A DNA stretch of 64,000 nucleotides from an uncultured virus (IMG/VR IMGVR_UViG_3300030012_003218) (taxonomy: Duplodnaviria; Heunggongvirae; Uroviricota; Caudoviricetes). Shown piece by piece: positions 1-9,896 of this stretch. Made by a program: the position numbers and the translations under genes. The stretch spans positions 1-64,000 of IMG/VR virus record IMGVR_UViG_3300030012_003218; one strand, given 5' to 3'. The notes beneath the pieces were generated by a model. It ran no database searches. It saw nothing but the letters and a program-made list of their open reading frames with translations, and was not told the DNA's origin. How positions within the stretch are numbered: position 1 is the stretch's first letter; every line of letters begins with the position of its first letter.

Positions 1-788
1 ATTTGTGTATATCCCATTGAATCCATCCAAGGTTCGTCTTTTTGACTATTTTTCTGAGTTCCTAATACTCTTGTTTTTCCAGCTGGTACATAAATAGTAT
101 CAGGTTCACCCGCGTCTGCACCATATAAAGAACCTTCAATCAAACTTGTAAAATTAATTGATTGAAAGAAAGATTCCATTACAGATTCAGTTTTTGTTAT
201 CTTTTTTGTAAGTAGATTAAATATCTTTGGGTCAAACTTTCCATATACTTTTTTAAAGAATGCTTTCTTTTGTGATTCTTCACCTCTACCGATTCCCTGA
301 CGAACTTCTGTTCCTGAAATACCTTTACCTTGTGGTGGTACTATATAAACATACCCATTGTCTTTCATAGGTAAATCTGTATTACCTTTGTATGGTTGGA
401 AATATCTTCCTTTACCCATACCCAATCTACCTTTATCTTTTTCACCAACAACAGTTACAAATGCTGTTTTCTTCTCGTCAAACCTTTTTAGAATCTCGTC
501 AGGTCTATATGGATTTTTTACTTGATGTATGTTACTTTTTGGGATACCAAACATCTTGGTCATGATTTGAACTTTTTCTTTAAAGTTAAAAGGTGACTTT
601 GGTAATTGTACTTTATTAGAAGTTCCAATATGTACATTTTCTTTACCAAACTTTTTTACCAAATGTTGGTAAACCGCGTTGTGACCTGAATGGAATGGGT
701 GGAACCTTCCAACGTAGGTTACTACTGTTTTGTTAGTCTCTTCTGTTAAGATAGATTCTGTTATCCATTTTTTTAAATTTTGTCCCAT
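1..788 (-). CDS. HxGH-superfamily nucleotidyltransferase (cytidyltransferase-like), truncated by the window edge
   Basis: Not in the ORF track. Read by hand from the ATG at 788: MGQNLKKWITE...YVGRFHPFHSGH...VVGEKD...ISGTEVR; the frame stays open to base 1. Confidence 0.8.
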   Translation of the reverse strand, partial: MGQNLKKWITESILTEETNKTVVTYVGRFHPFHSGHNAVYQHLVKKFGKENVHIGTSNKVQLPKSPFNFKEKVQIMTKMFGIPKSNIHQVKNPYRPDEILKRFDEKKTAFVTVVGEKDKGRLGMGKGRYFQPYKGNTDLPMKDNGYVYIVPPQGKGISGTEVRQGIGRGEESQKKAFFKKVYGKFDPKIFNLLTKKITKTESVMESFFQSINFTSLIEGSLYGADAGEPDTIYVPAGKTRVLGTQKNSQKDEPWMDSMGYTQ

Positions 789-801
789 GTATATAAGTAT
801 C

Positions 802-1107
802 CTATCTTTTTACAAACTTTGACGCGATTTCATGTCTGAACTCAGAAAGTGTAGGTTTATCTAAACTTCCTGTTGGCCATAAGTTGTGTAATTCTTCTTC
901 TGTTGAGAAAGATGCTGTAGTGATTGTATTAGGAAAATTTCTTAAAAAGTTTTTTTGATTTACTATATTTTGTCTTTCAGTATCATCACCATCTTCTAAT
1001 GCTCTTTGAAACTGAATATCTAACTCTTTAAGTTTTACATCTCGTCTTTGTCTAAAGTGTCCTTCAAATTTCCACAATGCAAATTCTTTATTAAAATACC
1101 ATCCCAT
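802..1107 (-). CDS. tail fibre assembly/chaperone-like protein
   Basis: RQRRDVKLKELDIQFQRALE...QKNFLRNFP pattern of small proteins that follow phage fibre genes. The likely start (ATG at 1107) overlaps the upstream TAA. Confidence 0.6.
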   Translation of the reverse strand: MGWYFNKEFALWKFEGHFRQRRDVKLKELDIQFQRALEDGDDTERQNIVNQKNFLRNFPNTITTASFSTEEELHNLWPTGSLDKPTLSEFRHEIASKFVKR

Positions 1108-1445
1108 TATATAATTCCTTTTTGTTGGCAATATGTTTTAAAGTCAATGGTGAACGAACCTGAGGTAGGTTCAAGTGAACCACTTGGTAAATAACTACCA
1201 CTACCAAATCCATCGTAATCACTATCCCATGTCCACGAGTAATCATCTAAATTAGGTGGTAATTCATCTTTTGTTACTATTTTGTATTTTACACCTGTTG
1301 GTAGGTCTCGTTTCGCAATCCACTCTAATCTTGCTTCATAAATAGATGCTGTTGGATGATTCTGCCAATCACCTGATAATTCAGTTAGTCCTAATGCGGT
1401 TACATCGTCAGGTCTATGTGTTAGTATGTATTTTTTTTCTGCCAT
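1107..1445 (-). CDS. tail fibre-associated small protein
   Basis: IAKRDLPTGVKYKIV..ELP...WTWD motif; directly downstream of the fibre gene. Confidence 0.6.
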   Translation of the reverse strand: MAEKKYILTHRPDDVTALGLTELSGDWQNHPTASIYEARLEWIAKRDLPTGVKYKIVTKDELPPNLDDYSWTWDSDYDGFGSGSYLPSGSLEPTSGSFTIDFKTYCQQKGII

Positions 1446-1480
1446 AATCTTTTTTATTAAATATACAAAATTTTTTCCTA

Positions 1481-4400
1481 TTATCCAAATAGTACGAAAT
1501 AGATTTCATATGGGTCTCTATTGTTACCTGTATCATTATCTCTAAAGAACCATTGTATTGTAGTATAATACACCTTAACTGCGATATCTGATGCTGCTTC
1601 GGTGTCTTTATATGCATTACTACCATATGAAGGCGAATCACCTGCTCTACCATAACAACTTACTATCGGAATCGCTTCCCCCGAATACAACACGTTATCT
1701 AAACTGACTTGGAAGTATTGGTCTCTATCAGTGTTACCACCCGATGAAGATGAATTAGAATATCTTGTTACAGATGAAACATTAATATGAGGGTCTTGGA
1801 CTGTTAAGGCTGTAGTGTTACCTGAATAATGAGAACTTGAAGTAAGTTTAATTCTACACATAGCTCTTGTTACAGGATATGACCTTTCTGAAAAATTAAT
1901 GTTACTATTATACCCACCATATACAGGGTCGGTAACACCACCATCTGCGGTTGAATACTTTGGAATAAAATAATCAACATACATACCACCCAACATAGTA
2001 GCCATTGGTACACCGCCAGGGTCGGTTGTAGAACTAAGGTCAACTCTAAATACTTTTTCGTCAGATTTATTTGCTTGTATTCCTACAGAATTAATTTCAA
2101 CCCCACTATTCAGTGATGTAAATTGATAAGCTAAATCTAAATCAAATTGAATTTCAAAAAGTCTATCTGACCCATTTGTTCCATCATCTTGGGATGCGAA
2201 TGCAGAATATGACCTTTTTATTCTACCATACTTAGTCCCTGAAGTCAGAGCAAGGGTGGTAATCTTAGCTAAGTTAAGATTCTGAGTAACTGACTGTGGT
2301 AATCCACCACCACCAATACTGTTGTGTGATATTATTTCGTTAGAGATATAATTTCGAAGTCCAGGCACTGTAAATGTATAAACATCGATTTCACCATAAA
2401 GTGGTTCAAGACTTACTACTGTATCCCATACTTTATGGTTACCATCTTTTACCCATATTTTTGATTCACCTACTTTAATATCTTCTATGAACAACTCATC
2501 TTCAACGGTAAGATAAAATCCGTGAGTAGGAGATACTGTAACAGACTTCCCGCTTTCGGTTGTTACTTTAATTACTTTTTCAACTGTTCTTTTTCGTATC
2601 GATGATATATGTGATACTTGTAAATATCTTGATGCTTCATCACTCCAGGCGATAATAGCGTCTCCTGCTTCAACATCTTCTGCTTTTTTGTAACTACCAT
2701 CCATCATCATGATTAGTGTATCTGCAGTAACCGATGCTGGTGGTGCTCCTTCTTCTTCAAATTCTTCTAATTCATCTCTATCTCCACCACCTGAGTCCCA
2801 TCCGTAGGCGGCTTTTGAAGATAAAAATATTTCGTGTTCCAAAGAACTTGAATTATTGTAATTGGTACTATCCCATATTTGAAACCAAATAGCCATGGTT
2901 GCGTATGAACCCTGTCCTGCGGCTTTTACTGATTTTGGTGAACTACCAAAATGTGATAATTGTAATTGATATGACCCACCTGAGGATAAAGTTCCTAATG
3001 TTTGTGTGTATGGGTAGTCTATTGTTGCGTTTTGATAAGTAGTATTATCACCACTACTTGCGTTTCCTGAAATAGTACTAACGGCTGTTGTATACCATGT
3101 ACCCGTAATACCTGTACCTGTTGAAGGTGACGATAAACTTTCCCCTGCGTTTATATTAACAAGAGGTGTTAAACTACTATCTGATAACTGTATTGCGTAG
3201 TTTTCTGCGTCAAGTATCATTCTACTACCACTTGCTACAATAGATGTATTATCTAATGTAAACTTACCAAGTGTTGCAGAATCAGAACTAATGTCCCCCG
3301 ATATAGATGCTGTTGTTGCGAACATGGCACCATCACTTTGTACATAGAACTTTCTTCTTAAAACACCATCTGAACCTTCTTCAAATCCACCAATACCAAG
3401 AGAACCACCACGAAGGTCGGACCCTGAAATAAAACTACCTGCTTGTAGTGTACCTGCCATTACTACATCACCTGATGATGATAAATGGAAGTTAGAAGAA
3501 CTAATTTCTACGTTACCAAGAGAACCACTGACGTATTGAGTATTTAAGTTACCTAATACAAATTTATCAACTCTAATATCTGCTTGTGACCCTGTAATTA
3601 AAAGTCTTCCACCATTAGGTGCTTCATTGTCCCAATTTAAGAATGAGTTACTACCACTACCTAAGAAGAAATTACCTGCGGAATCTAAGTAAGATGTAAA
3701 ATCTAATAATGTTGCGTTTGCACTTGTTAGTTCGTTATGGAATCCAAATACATCTGCGGTCATTAATAGACCTGCGTCTGCAGGACCCACACCTGTTAAG
3801 TTTTCATTTGCAAAACTAAAGTCTTGATTATCTGCTCCCGGCGGTCCTGCTCCACCTGCTGAACCAGGCGTTCCCGGCGCACCAGGCGACCCAGGCGACC
3901 CAGGCGTTCCAGGCGTTCCCGGCGTTCCAGGCGTACCATCTGTCCCGTCATCACCTTGTAGTGCGACTGCGACTGACATTGTTTTATTTAATGTAACTGA
4001 TGCTGACGTTGCTGTTATTACAACCGAACCACTAAACGGTGTAGTTGCTCCTGTAACAGTAACAGTATCACCTGATAAACCTGTAGTGATGTGAGAGTCT
4101 GATGTTTTTGATATTGTAAAATCATTCGTTACATCTGTTACACCTTGGAATACAAATATATCTGTACTTGCTCCTGCGAATGATATGATACTACCCGAAC
4201 CACTTAATGGTAACGTATGAGAATCATTTGATAAAAATGCTGTTAATGCACTTGTACCATCAGAACCAGGCGTTCCCGGCGTTCCTGGCGTACCCGAACC
4301 ACCAGGCGTTCCTGGCGAACCTGGCGTACCTGAGGTTCCACCTTGTACTTTAAATACTTTTACAGTATCAGATAATGAATCTTTTGATACTGTTATTGAT

Positions 4401-7400
4401 ATTGGTAAATCACCTTTATCTACGACTTTCCCATCTGCTGCACCTGCTCCATTATCAAATGTTATATCGAATGTTCTTTGACCCGTTCCACTTGATACTG
4501 AACCACCTAATGATGGAACACCAATTGTTCCCCCATCTGCTTTTGTAATTGTAATGTCACTCGTTCCAATCGTACCACTTAAGTTTTGTTGATTTATAGT
4601 TATGGTTACTGCTGAAGGGTCTGCGGATGTATCTGCTGCATTGTCAAACGCGTAAGCGGGACTATCTGAAAGTATACTAAGTAGTTTTGCTGTAGTACCA
4701 TCTGTTCCATCATCACCCTGTCTTGCTACAGATAGTGACATTGTTTTACTTAAAGATACCGACGCTGATGTTGCGGTAACCACAACTGAACCACTAAATG
4801 GAGCAGTTGAATTAGTAACTGTTACTGTATCGCCTGATAAAGTTGTTGTTATATGAGAATCTGATGTCTTTGAAATTGTATAATCATTCGTGACATCACT
4901 TGTTCCTTGAAACACTACTATGTCTGTACTTGCTCCTGCGAATGATATTATTTCATTTGATGAACTTAATGGTAGTGTTTGTGAATCGTTTGTTAAGAAC
5001 GCAGTTAATGCACTAACACCATCAGAACCTGCTGCTCCATCAGAACCACCTTCGACTTTGAATATTTTTACTGAATCAGTTAAACCATCTTTTGTACAAG
5101 AAATTTCTACAGGTAAATATCCTTTAGTTTGTTGCATACCACCTGCTGCTTGTCCACCAACCCACTTCAAACTACCACTTACTATACCTGTACCATTTGT
5201 TACAGTGTTGTTATCAAAGTCAAATCCTGTTACGGTACTTCCACCATTTCTTGTAATTGTAATATCACTTGCAGATATTGCTGCATTTAAGTTTTGTTGT
5301 TGGAAACTAAATATAATAGTGGATGGTGTAGGGTCGTTATCAGAAGAATCATCAAACGCAAATGTCTGTGAATCCACACTACCAATTAGTAATTTTGCTG
5401 CCGTACCGTCTGCACCTGTTGCACCTTGTACCGATTTTGCGAGTGACATTGTTTTTGTTAAAGAAGTACTACCACTTGTTGCTGTAATTGCGATAGAACT
5501 TGACAATTGGGTTAGTCCTGTTACTGTAACTCTTTTACCACTTACTCCTGAAGTAACACCGTCACCATCTACTCTTGATATTGTATAATTAGACGTTCTA
5601 TTAGTTACACCTTCAAAAACTTCCATATCAGTTATACCACCTGCAAATGAATTTACCGTTCCATCACTTGCGGCCACAAACGTATGTGATTCATTGGTTA
5701 AGAATGCTGTAACTGCGTCAGAACCGTCTGTACCATCTGTACCTGCGGTTCCACCTTCTACTTTAAAAATCCTTGTACTATCTGTTAGTGAATCTTTTGT
5801 TACTGTTACCGTTAAAGGTAGTTTTGTTTTATCACCACCAACAGTTCCACTAAATGTAATAGAACCACTCACTGTACCTGTACCGTCTGATACATCTGCT
5901 ATTAGTGTTGGGTCTGATAATGTTGCTCCACTTGAATCTGTAATTGTAATATCACCTGAACCAATTGTACCACTTAAGTTTTGTTGATTGATAATAATTA
6001 AAATATCGTTATCTTCAGCAGTAGAAGAAGATGCTGATGGGAACGAGAATATTTGAGAATCACTTGTTACAACTAATGTTTTAGCATTTGCTCCTTGTGC
6101 TCCGTCTGTTCCATCATCACCCTGTCTTGCGACAGAAAGGGACATCGTCTTTGGTAATACAACACTTGCTGAAGTTGCTGTAATAATTACAGAACCACTA
6201 AATGGTGTTGTACTATTTGTTATTGTTACGGTTTTACCTGAGGTTGATGTTGTGATATGTGAATCTGTAGAACTACTAACTGCTACTGTGTAATCACTTG
6301 TTACATCAGATACTCCTTGGAATACTACCATATCCGAACTTGCTCCTGCAAATGATATAATAGAATTAGAAGAACTTAATGCTAATGTATGAGATTCATT
6401 TGTTAAAAACGCTGTCAGTGCAGAAACACCATCGGAACCTGGCGCACCTTCTGCACCATCAGTACCACCTTGTACTTTAAATATTGTTGTTGAGTCAACA
6501 AAGGAATCTTTCTCGACTTCTATTGTTAATGGTAAATCAGTTTTTGCTAAAGACAGTCCTGAGAATGATAAACTACCACTTAGTTGTCCTGACCCATCTG
6601 ATACTACACCACCTAAAGTTGGAGTTGATATTGTGGAACCACCTGCTTTAGTAATTGTAATGTCACTTGTCCCTACAGTCGCATTTAAGTTTTGTTGACT
6701 GATTGTAAAGTTAATTACGTTTGGTGTCGCCGAATCATCTGCGAGATTATCAAACGCGTATACTTGTGAGTCTACTGTTACCGATAATGCTTTCGCAGTG
6801 TTTGATGCTGTTGCTTCTGCTAATACAGATGCTGTTGCTTCTCCAATCGCGTCTTCTACACTTGTTCCACTTTCTAATCTAATCTGACCTCTAACTGTTA
6901 AAGATGTCCCATTCCAAACTAATTTATCACCTAAAGAGAATTTTGAATCTGAACCTAAAAAGAATCCTGTATTTGTATTACCATGTGTTCCAACACCTGT
7001 AAACAGTTTAGAATCTTGCATTTTGATTCCACCAATAGAACCTGTATTTGCAACTATACCACCTTGAAGGAATACGTTATCTGTTGCTAATCCAAAGCCT
7101 GGATTTGAGTTACCAAACACATATGATGAATTTGATAAACCACTTAGGTCACCAATTCTTGCTCTAAGTGCAACATCAAATAAACCACTACCCGTTCTTT
7201 CTACTATATCCATAAATGGAGTAGAACTATCTCTTGGGTTTGCGTTCATTTTAATATAACCACTACCACTTAACCCTGTTGATACAATTACTTGACCTTC
7301 ATCATATGATTGTGATGTTGATGCTAAATCACCAACAAAACTACCCTGTGACCCACTACCATATCCTCTTGTTACATAAAGTCTACCATGTACTTCATCT

Positions 7401-9877
7401 GCTCCTGAGTTGTCACCGTCAACTGATGCTGAGTTTACTAAAATGTATTCTGTTTGGAATCCTGTTCCATCTACTTTTTTAGCTAATAATATTTCACCAA
7501 CAGTAAAACCACTTGCGTTTTTAACTGACATCGTGGTTTCATTTGCTGTAATATTTGAACCTGTAAGAGTTGTTGCGTTAGTAACCCATAATTGACCACC
7601 AACTGCGTTTACTGATTCTTTTTCAAATGTTGTTGTTCTTAATGTACCTCTAATTCTTACGTTTTCAAATTCCGCGGTACCGTTACCTTCAGATGATATT
7701 TTCCAACCTCTAAGATTACTTGCGAAATCTTTTGTTTGTAAAATACCCTCAGGTTTCATTATTAAATTACCACCCTCAATTGAATTTGTAGTAATGTCCC
7801 ATCCACCAATACTTGCGGATACAAACCTTGCGAAACCATCAGGTCTAATAGAGGATGATGAGTTTGTTTCAGTTGATGGATTACCTGCGATTACAGCAGG
7901 AGTTCTAATACTGTTTGCTGTAACGGAACCTAATATTGTTACACCGTCTGTGATTGTACCACCTTGTAGTAATACTCTTGATGCGGTTATATCACCTGCT
8001 GCTTTTAATCTTAATGCATTGTCAGATGACCTTATTTCTTCTGCAACTACTTCAAACCCTGCAATAGATGCTGATGCGAATCTTGCAAAACCATCTTGGT
8101 CAATTGACGATGAGGCGTTTGTTTTGGTTGCAGGTGCTCCATTTATTACTGCGGGAGTTCGAATTTGATTTACCGTAAGTGACGACTTGATTGTTGCGTT
8201 TGTACCAATTACTAAACTACCAGCCCCACCATTTGCATTTGGGTCTAAGTGAAAGTCAGATGAACTAATTTCAATGTTACCATCTGAACCACTCATAAAC
8301 TGACTGTCTGCCGTACCTACGAAAAACTTTTCTGCTTTTATATCTAATAAACCACTACCTGATGTTGTGAATATAAGGTGACTGTTATCGTTGTCACCTA
8401 CGAACTCCATACCAACACCATCCATTTGGTCAACCCCAACTACGAGGTTACCACTACCTGAATAAATTAAAAATCCACCAGGCCCTTTTCCAAGAGATGC
8501 TGACGTAAATCCTTCGTATCCAACTGACCTTAAGAATCCACTACTTGCTCCACCAATCTCAATACCACTACCTAATGTGTTTGATATAAAAATAGAACCC
8601 GAGATTAAAGAACCCGAACCACCTATGAATGTATTTGCGCCTGGGAAGACAACATCTTCAATCAAAACGAACTGTTCTGATGCCACACCTAATGTATTTA
8701 AAAACTCTACTTTTAAAGTTTTTGGGTCACCAATGTGTTTAGAAGGAATACTAATTGTATAAGAAAAGTTTGTGTCTGAATCTACTACATTATTTCCTAA
8801 TACTTCAAAATCACCACCAATACCTTTTGATTTTACAGATGTTCTAACTTCAGTTACTTCACCTGATATAGGAGTTATAGATGGTATTGTAATTGTACCA
8901 ACTGTTTTTAAGTTTTGTGATGTTCCATTTGAAGCAGAACTAAAGTATGTAATACTTGCAGGAATATCAAACCCATCAGAGTATCTAAACGTATGGTTAT
9001 TACTTGAGGTGATTGCTGATTCTAATCTTAGAATATCACTACCCGTTACTGCTGTAATACTTGATGTAAAAGATGTTGGTTGTGTTACTGTTCGTTGTTC
9101 AGGATATAATCTTACATTTGATAAATCAAGTCTAATGGTTGCGTTTTCCATCTCAGCATTAAATGTATCACTGTCTCCTGTATTTCTTTGTAATGCTACA
9201 TCATCTCCAAAATTAGACGCATTATACTTTACGTTGATTTCGTCAGTCGTTAGTGATAATGTTTTGTTTTCTCCTTGACCTAAACTATCACTTCCTGAAC
9301 TATCTAACTTAAAAGTAGTAAACGGTCTTAAACTTGATGATACCGTTGCTGTTGGAAGGTTTGGTGATTGAAATACAATTGTTGAAGAAGGTTTTGAATC
9401 AATTCGTACAGGAATTGTTTTAGTCCACTTAACAACTCTTTCGTTTGTTATTCCTCGACCTCTACCACCTCTACGACTTCTACCTCTACTAATTCTATTA
9501 CCATCTTGAACAGATGCTCTTACTGCTCCTATAATAGTAATTGTGGCGTCACCACTTGCTGTATTTTGTCTTTTATCGTCTCTATCTGAGTAAACCCAAA
9601 TCGTAACTAAAACAGAACCGTCTACAGATGAGAAGTTTGGAACTTCGTGATATATTGGTTTACCTTCAGAATCTTTTACCTCAATCCTAATTTGTGAGTT
9701 AGGAGCAAGTGTATTTTTAGAAGAACCCTTTATTCTAAAAGAATTTCTTCCAGGCCCCAAATAGTCGGGTAACTCAGTAATATTGAAATAATCTACAGAA
9801 TTCGAAGATTGGTCTACAATCTGTGCTTGTATCCTATCTAAATTCTGTTTACTTCTTCTTTTGTATTCTAATGCCAT
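1481..9877 (-). CDS. giant tail fibre/tail protein (2798 aa) with repeated beta-rich domains, collagen-like repeats and a Hint domain
   Basis: Rich in S/G/T; GWKI..GTAEFENVRIRG fibre motif; four repeated domain pairs; Gxy triplets; Hint motifs near the C-terminus. Confidence 0.85.
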   Translation of the reverse strand: MALEYKRRSKQNLDRIQAQIVDQSSNSVDYFNITELPDYLGPGRNSFRIKGSSKNTLAPNSQIRIEVKDSEGKPIYHEVPNFSSVDGSVLVTIWVYSDRDDKRQNTASGDATITIIGAVRASVQDGNRISRGRSRRGGRGRGITNERVVKWTKTIPVRIDSKPSSTIVFQSPNLPTATVSSSLRPFTTFKLDSSGSDSLGQGENKTLSLTTDEINVKYNASNFGDDVALQRNTGDSDTFNAEMENATIRLDLSNVRLYPEQRTVTQPTSFTSSITAVTGSDILRLESAITSSNNHTFRYSDGFDIPASITYFSSASNGTSQNLKTVGTITIPSITPISGEVTEVRTSVKSKGIGGDFEVLGNNVVDSDTNFSYTISIPSKHIGDPKTLKVEFLNTLGVASEQFVLIEDVVFPGANTFIGGSGSLISGSIFISNTLGSGIEIGGASSGFLRSVGYEGFTSASLGKGPGGFLIYSGSGNLVVGVDQMDGVGMEFVGDNDNSHLIFTTSGSGLLDIKAEKFFVGTADSQFMSGSDGNIEISSSDFHLDPNANGGAGSLVIGTNATIKSSLTVNQIRTPAVINGAPATKTNASSSIDQDGFARFASASIAGFEVVAEEIRSSDNALRLKAAGDITASRVLLQGGTITDGVTILGSVTANSIRTPAVIAGNPSTETNSSSSIRPDGFARFVSASIGGWDITTNSIEGGNLIMKPEGILQTKDFASNLRGWKISSEGNGTAEFENVRIRGTLRTTTFEKESVNAVGGQLWVTNATTLTGSNITANETTMSVKNASGFTVGEILLAKKVDGTGFQTEYILVNSASVDGDNSGADEVHGRLYVTRGYGSGSQGSFVGDLASTSQSYDEGQVIVSTGLSGSGYIKMNANPRDSSTPFMDIVERTGSGLFDVALRARIGDLSGLSNSSYVFGNSNPGFGLATDNVFLQGGIVANTGSIGGIKMQDSKLFTGVGTHGNTNTGFFLGSDSKFSLGDKLVWNGTSLTVRGQIRLESGTSVEDAIGEATASVLAEATASNTAKALSVTVDSQVYAFDNLADDSATPNVINFTISQQNLNATVGTSDITITKAGGSTISTPTLGGVVSDGSGQLSGSLSFSGLSLAKTDLPLTIEVEKDSFVDSTTIFKVQGGTDGAEGAPGSDGVSALTAFLTNESHTLALSSSNSIISFAGASSDMVVFQGVSDVTSDYTVAVSSSTDSHITTSTSGKTVTITNSTTPFSGSVIITATSASVVLPKTMSLSVARQGDDGTDGAQGANAKTLVVTSDSQIFSFPSASSSTAEDNDILIIINQQNLSGTIGSGDITITDSSGATLSDPTLIADVSDGTGTVSGSITFSGTVGGDKTKLPLTVTVTKDSLTDSTRIFKVEGGTAGTDGTDGSDAVTAFLTNESHTFVAASDGTVNSFAGGITDMEVFEGVTNRTSNYTISRVDGDGVTSGVSGKRVTVTGLTQLSSSIAITATSGSTSLTKTMSLAKSVQGATGADGTAAKLLIGSVDSQTFAFDDSSDNDPTPSTIIFSFQQQNLNAAISASDITITRNGGSTVTGFDFDNNTVTNGTGIVSGSLKWVGGQAAGGMQQTKGYLPVEISCTKDGLTDSVKIFKVEGGSDGAAGSDGVSALTAFLTNDSQTLPLSSSNEIISFAGASTDIVVFQGTSDVTNDYTISKTSDSHITTTLSGDTVTVTNSTAPFSGSVVVTATSASVSLSKTMSLSVARQGDDGTDGTTAKLLSILSDSPAYAFDNAADTSADPSAVTITINQQNLSGTIGTSDITITKADGGTIGVPSLGGSVSSGTGQRTFDITFDNGAGAADGKVVDKGDLPISITVSKDSLSDTVKVFKVQGGTSGTPGSPGTPGGSGTPGTPGTPGSDGTSALTAFLSNDSHTLPLSGSGSIISFAGASTDIFVFQGVTDVTNDFTISKTSDSHITTGLSGDTVTVTGATTPFSGSVVITATSASVTLNKTMSVAVALQGDDGTDGTPGTPGTPGTPGSPGSPGAPGTPGSAGGAGPPGADNQDFSFANENLTGVGPADAGLLMTADVFGFHNELTSANATLLDFTSYLDSAGNFFLGSGSNSFLNWDNEAPNGGRLLITGSQADIRVDKFVLGNLNTQYVSGSLGNVEISSSNFHLSSSGDVVMAGTLQAGSFISGSDLRGGSLGIGGFEEGSDGVLRRKFYVQSDGAMFATTASISGDISSDSATLGKFTLDNTSIVASGSRMILDAENYAIQLSDSSLTPLVNINAGESLSSPSTGTGITGTWYTTAVSTISGNASSGDNTTYQNATIDYPYTQTLGTLSSGGSYQLQLSHFGSSPKSVKAAGQGSYATMAIWFQIWDSTNYNNSSSLEHEIFLSSKAAYGWDSGGGDRDELEEFEEEGAPPASVTADTLIMMMDGSYKKAEDVEAGDAIIAWSDEASRYLQVSHISSIRKRTVEKVIKVTTESGKSVTVSPTHGFYLTVEDELFIEDIKVGESKIWVKDGNHKVWDTVVSLEPLYGEIDVYTFTVPGLRNYISNEIISHNSIGGGGLPQSVTQNLNLAKITTLALTSGTKYGRIKRSYSAFASQDDGTNGSDRLFEIQFDLDLAYQFTSLNSGVEINSVGIQANKSDEKVFRVDLSSTTDPGGVPMATMLGGMYVDYFIPKYSTADGGVTDPVYGGYNSNINFSERSYPVTRAMCRIKLTSSSHYSGNTTALTVQDPHINVSSVTRYSNSSSSGGNTDRDQYFQVSLDNVLYSGEAIPIVSCYGRAGDSPSYGSNAYKDTEAASDIAVKVYYTTIQWFFRDNDTGNNRDPYEIYFVLFG
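2321..2734 (-). mobile_element. mini-intein / Hint domain (138 aa) inside the tail fibre
   Basis: Block A SVTADTLIMMMDG (Ser1), block B VTVSPTHGFY, block F/G VYTFTV...NYISNEIISHN followed by Ser+1; no homing endonuclease. Confidence 0.85.
3835..4345 (-). repeat. two collagen-like Gly-X-Pro tracts (about 3835-3960 and 4255-4345)
   Basis: GTPGTPGTPGTPGSPGSPGAPGTPG and GTPGSPGTPGGSGTPGTPGTPG. Confidence 0.85.
3960..6800 (-). repeat. four tandem copies of a roughly 235-aa two-domain module in the fibre
   Basis: Alternating units AKxL...DSQxFAF...QQNL...DITIT...FKVxGG and TAFLTNESHT...SFAG...FQG...KTMS, four of each. Confidence 0.85.
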
Positions 9878-9896
9878 TCATAGACTCCATATATAA

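Noticed and set aside
1414..1653. Alternative-frame minus-strand ORFs (1414-1653, 14013-14360, 33239-33466, 42319-42504, 47175-47399)
   Set aside because: They overlap well-supported genes and have no independent support
1481..2320. Diversity-generating retroelement target at the fibre tip
   Set aside because: No reverse transcriptase or template repeat seen in this window
3835..4345. 9-bp-period repeats resembling a CRISPR or VNTR array
   Set aside because: They are in-frame Gly-X-Pro codons with no spacers; I saw no CRISPR array or cas gene in the window
4920..9278. Long plus-strand ORFs (4920-5588, 7794-8168, 8772-9278 and similar ones across the window)
   Set aside because: Antisense shadows of minus-strand genes, with no motifs of their own
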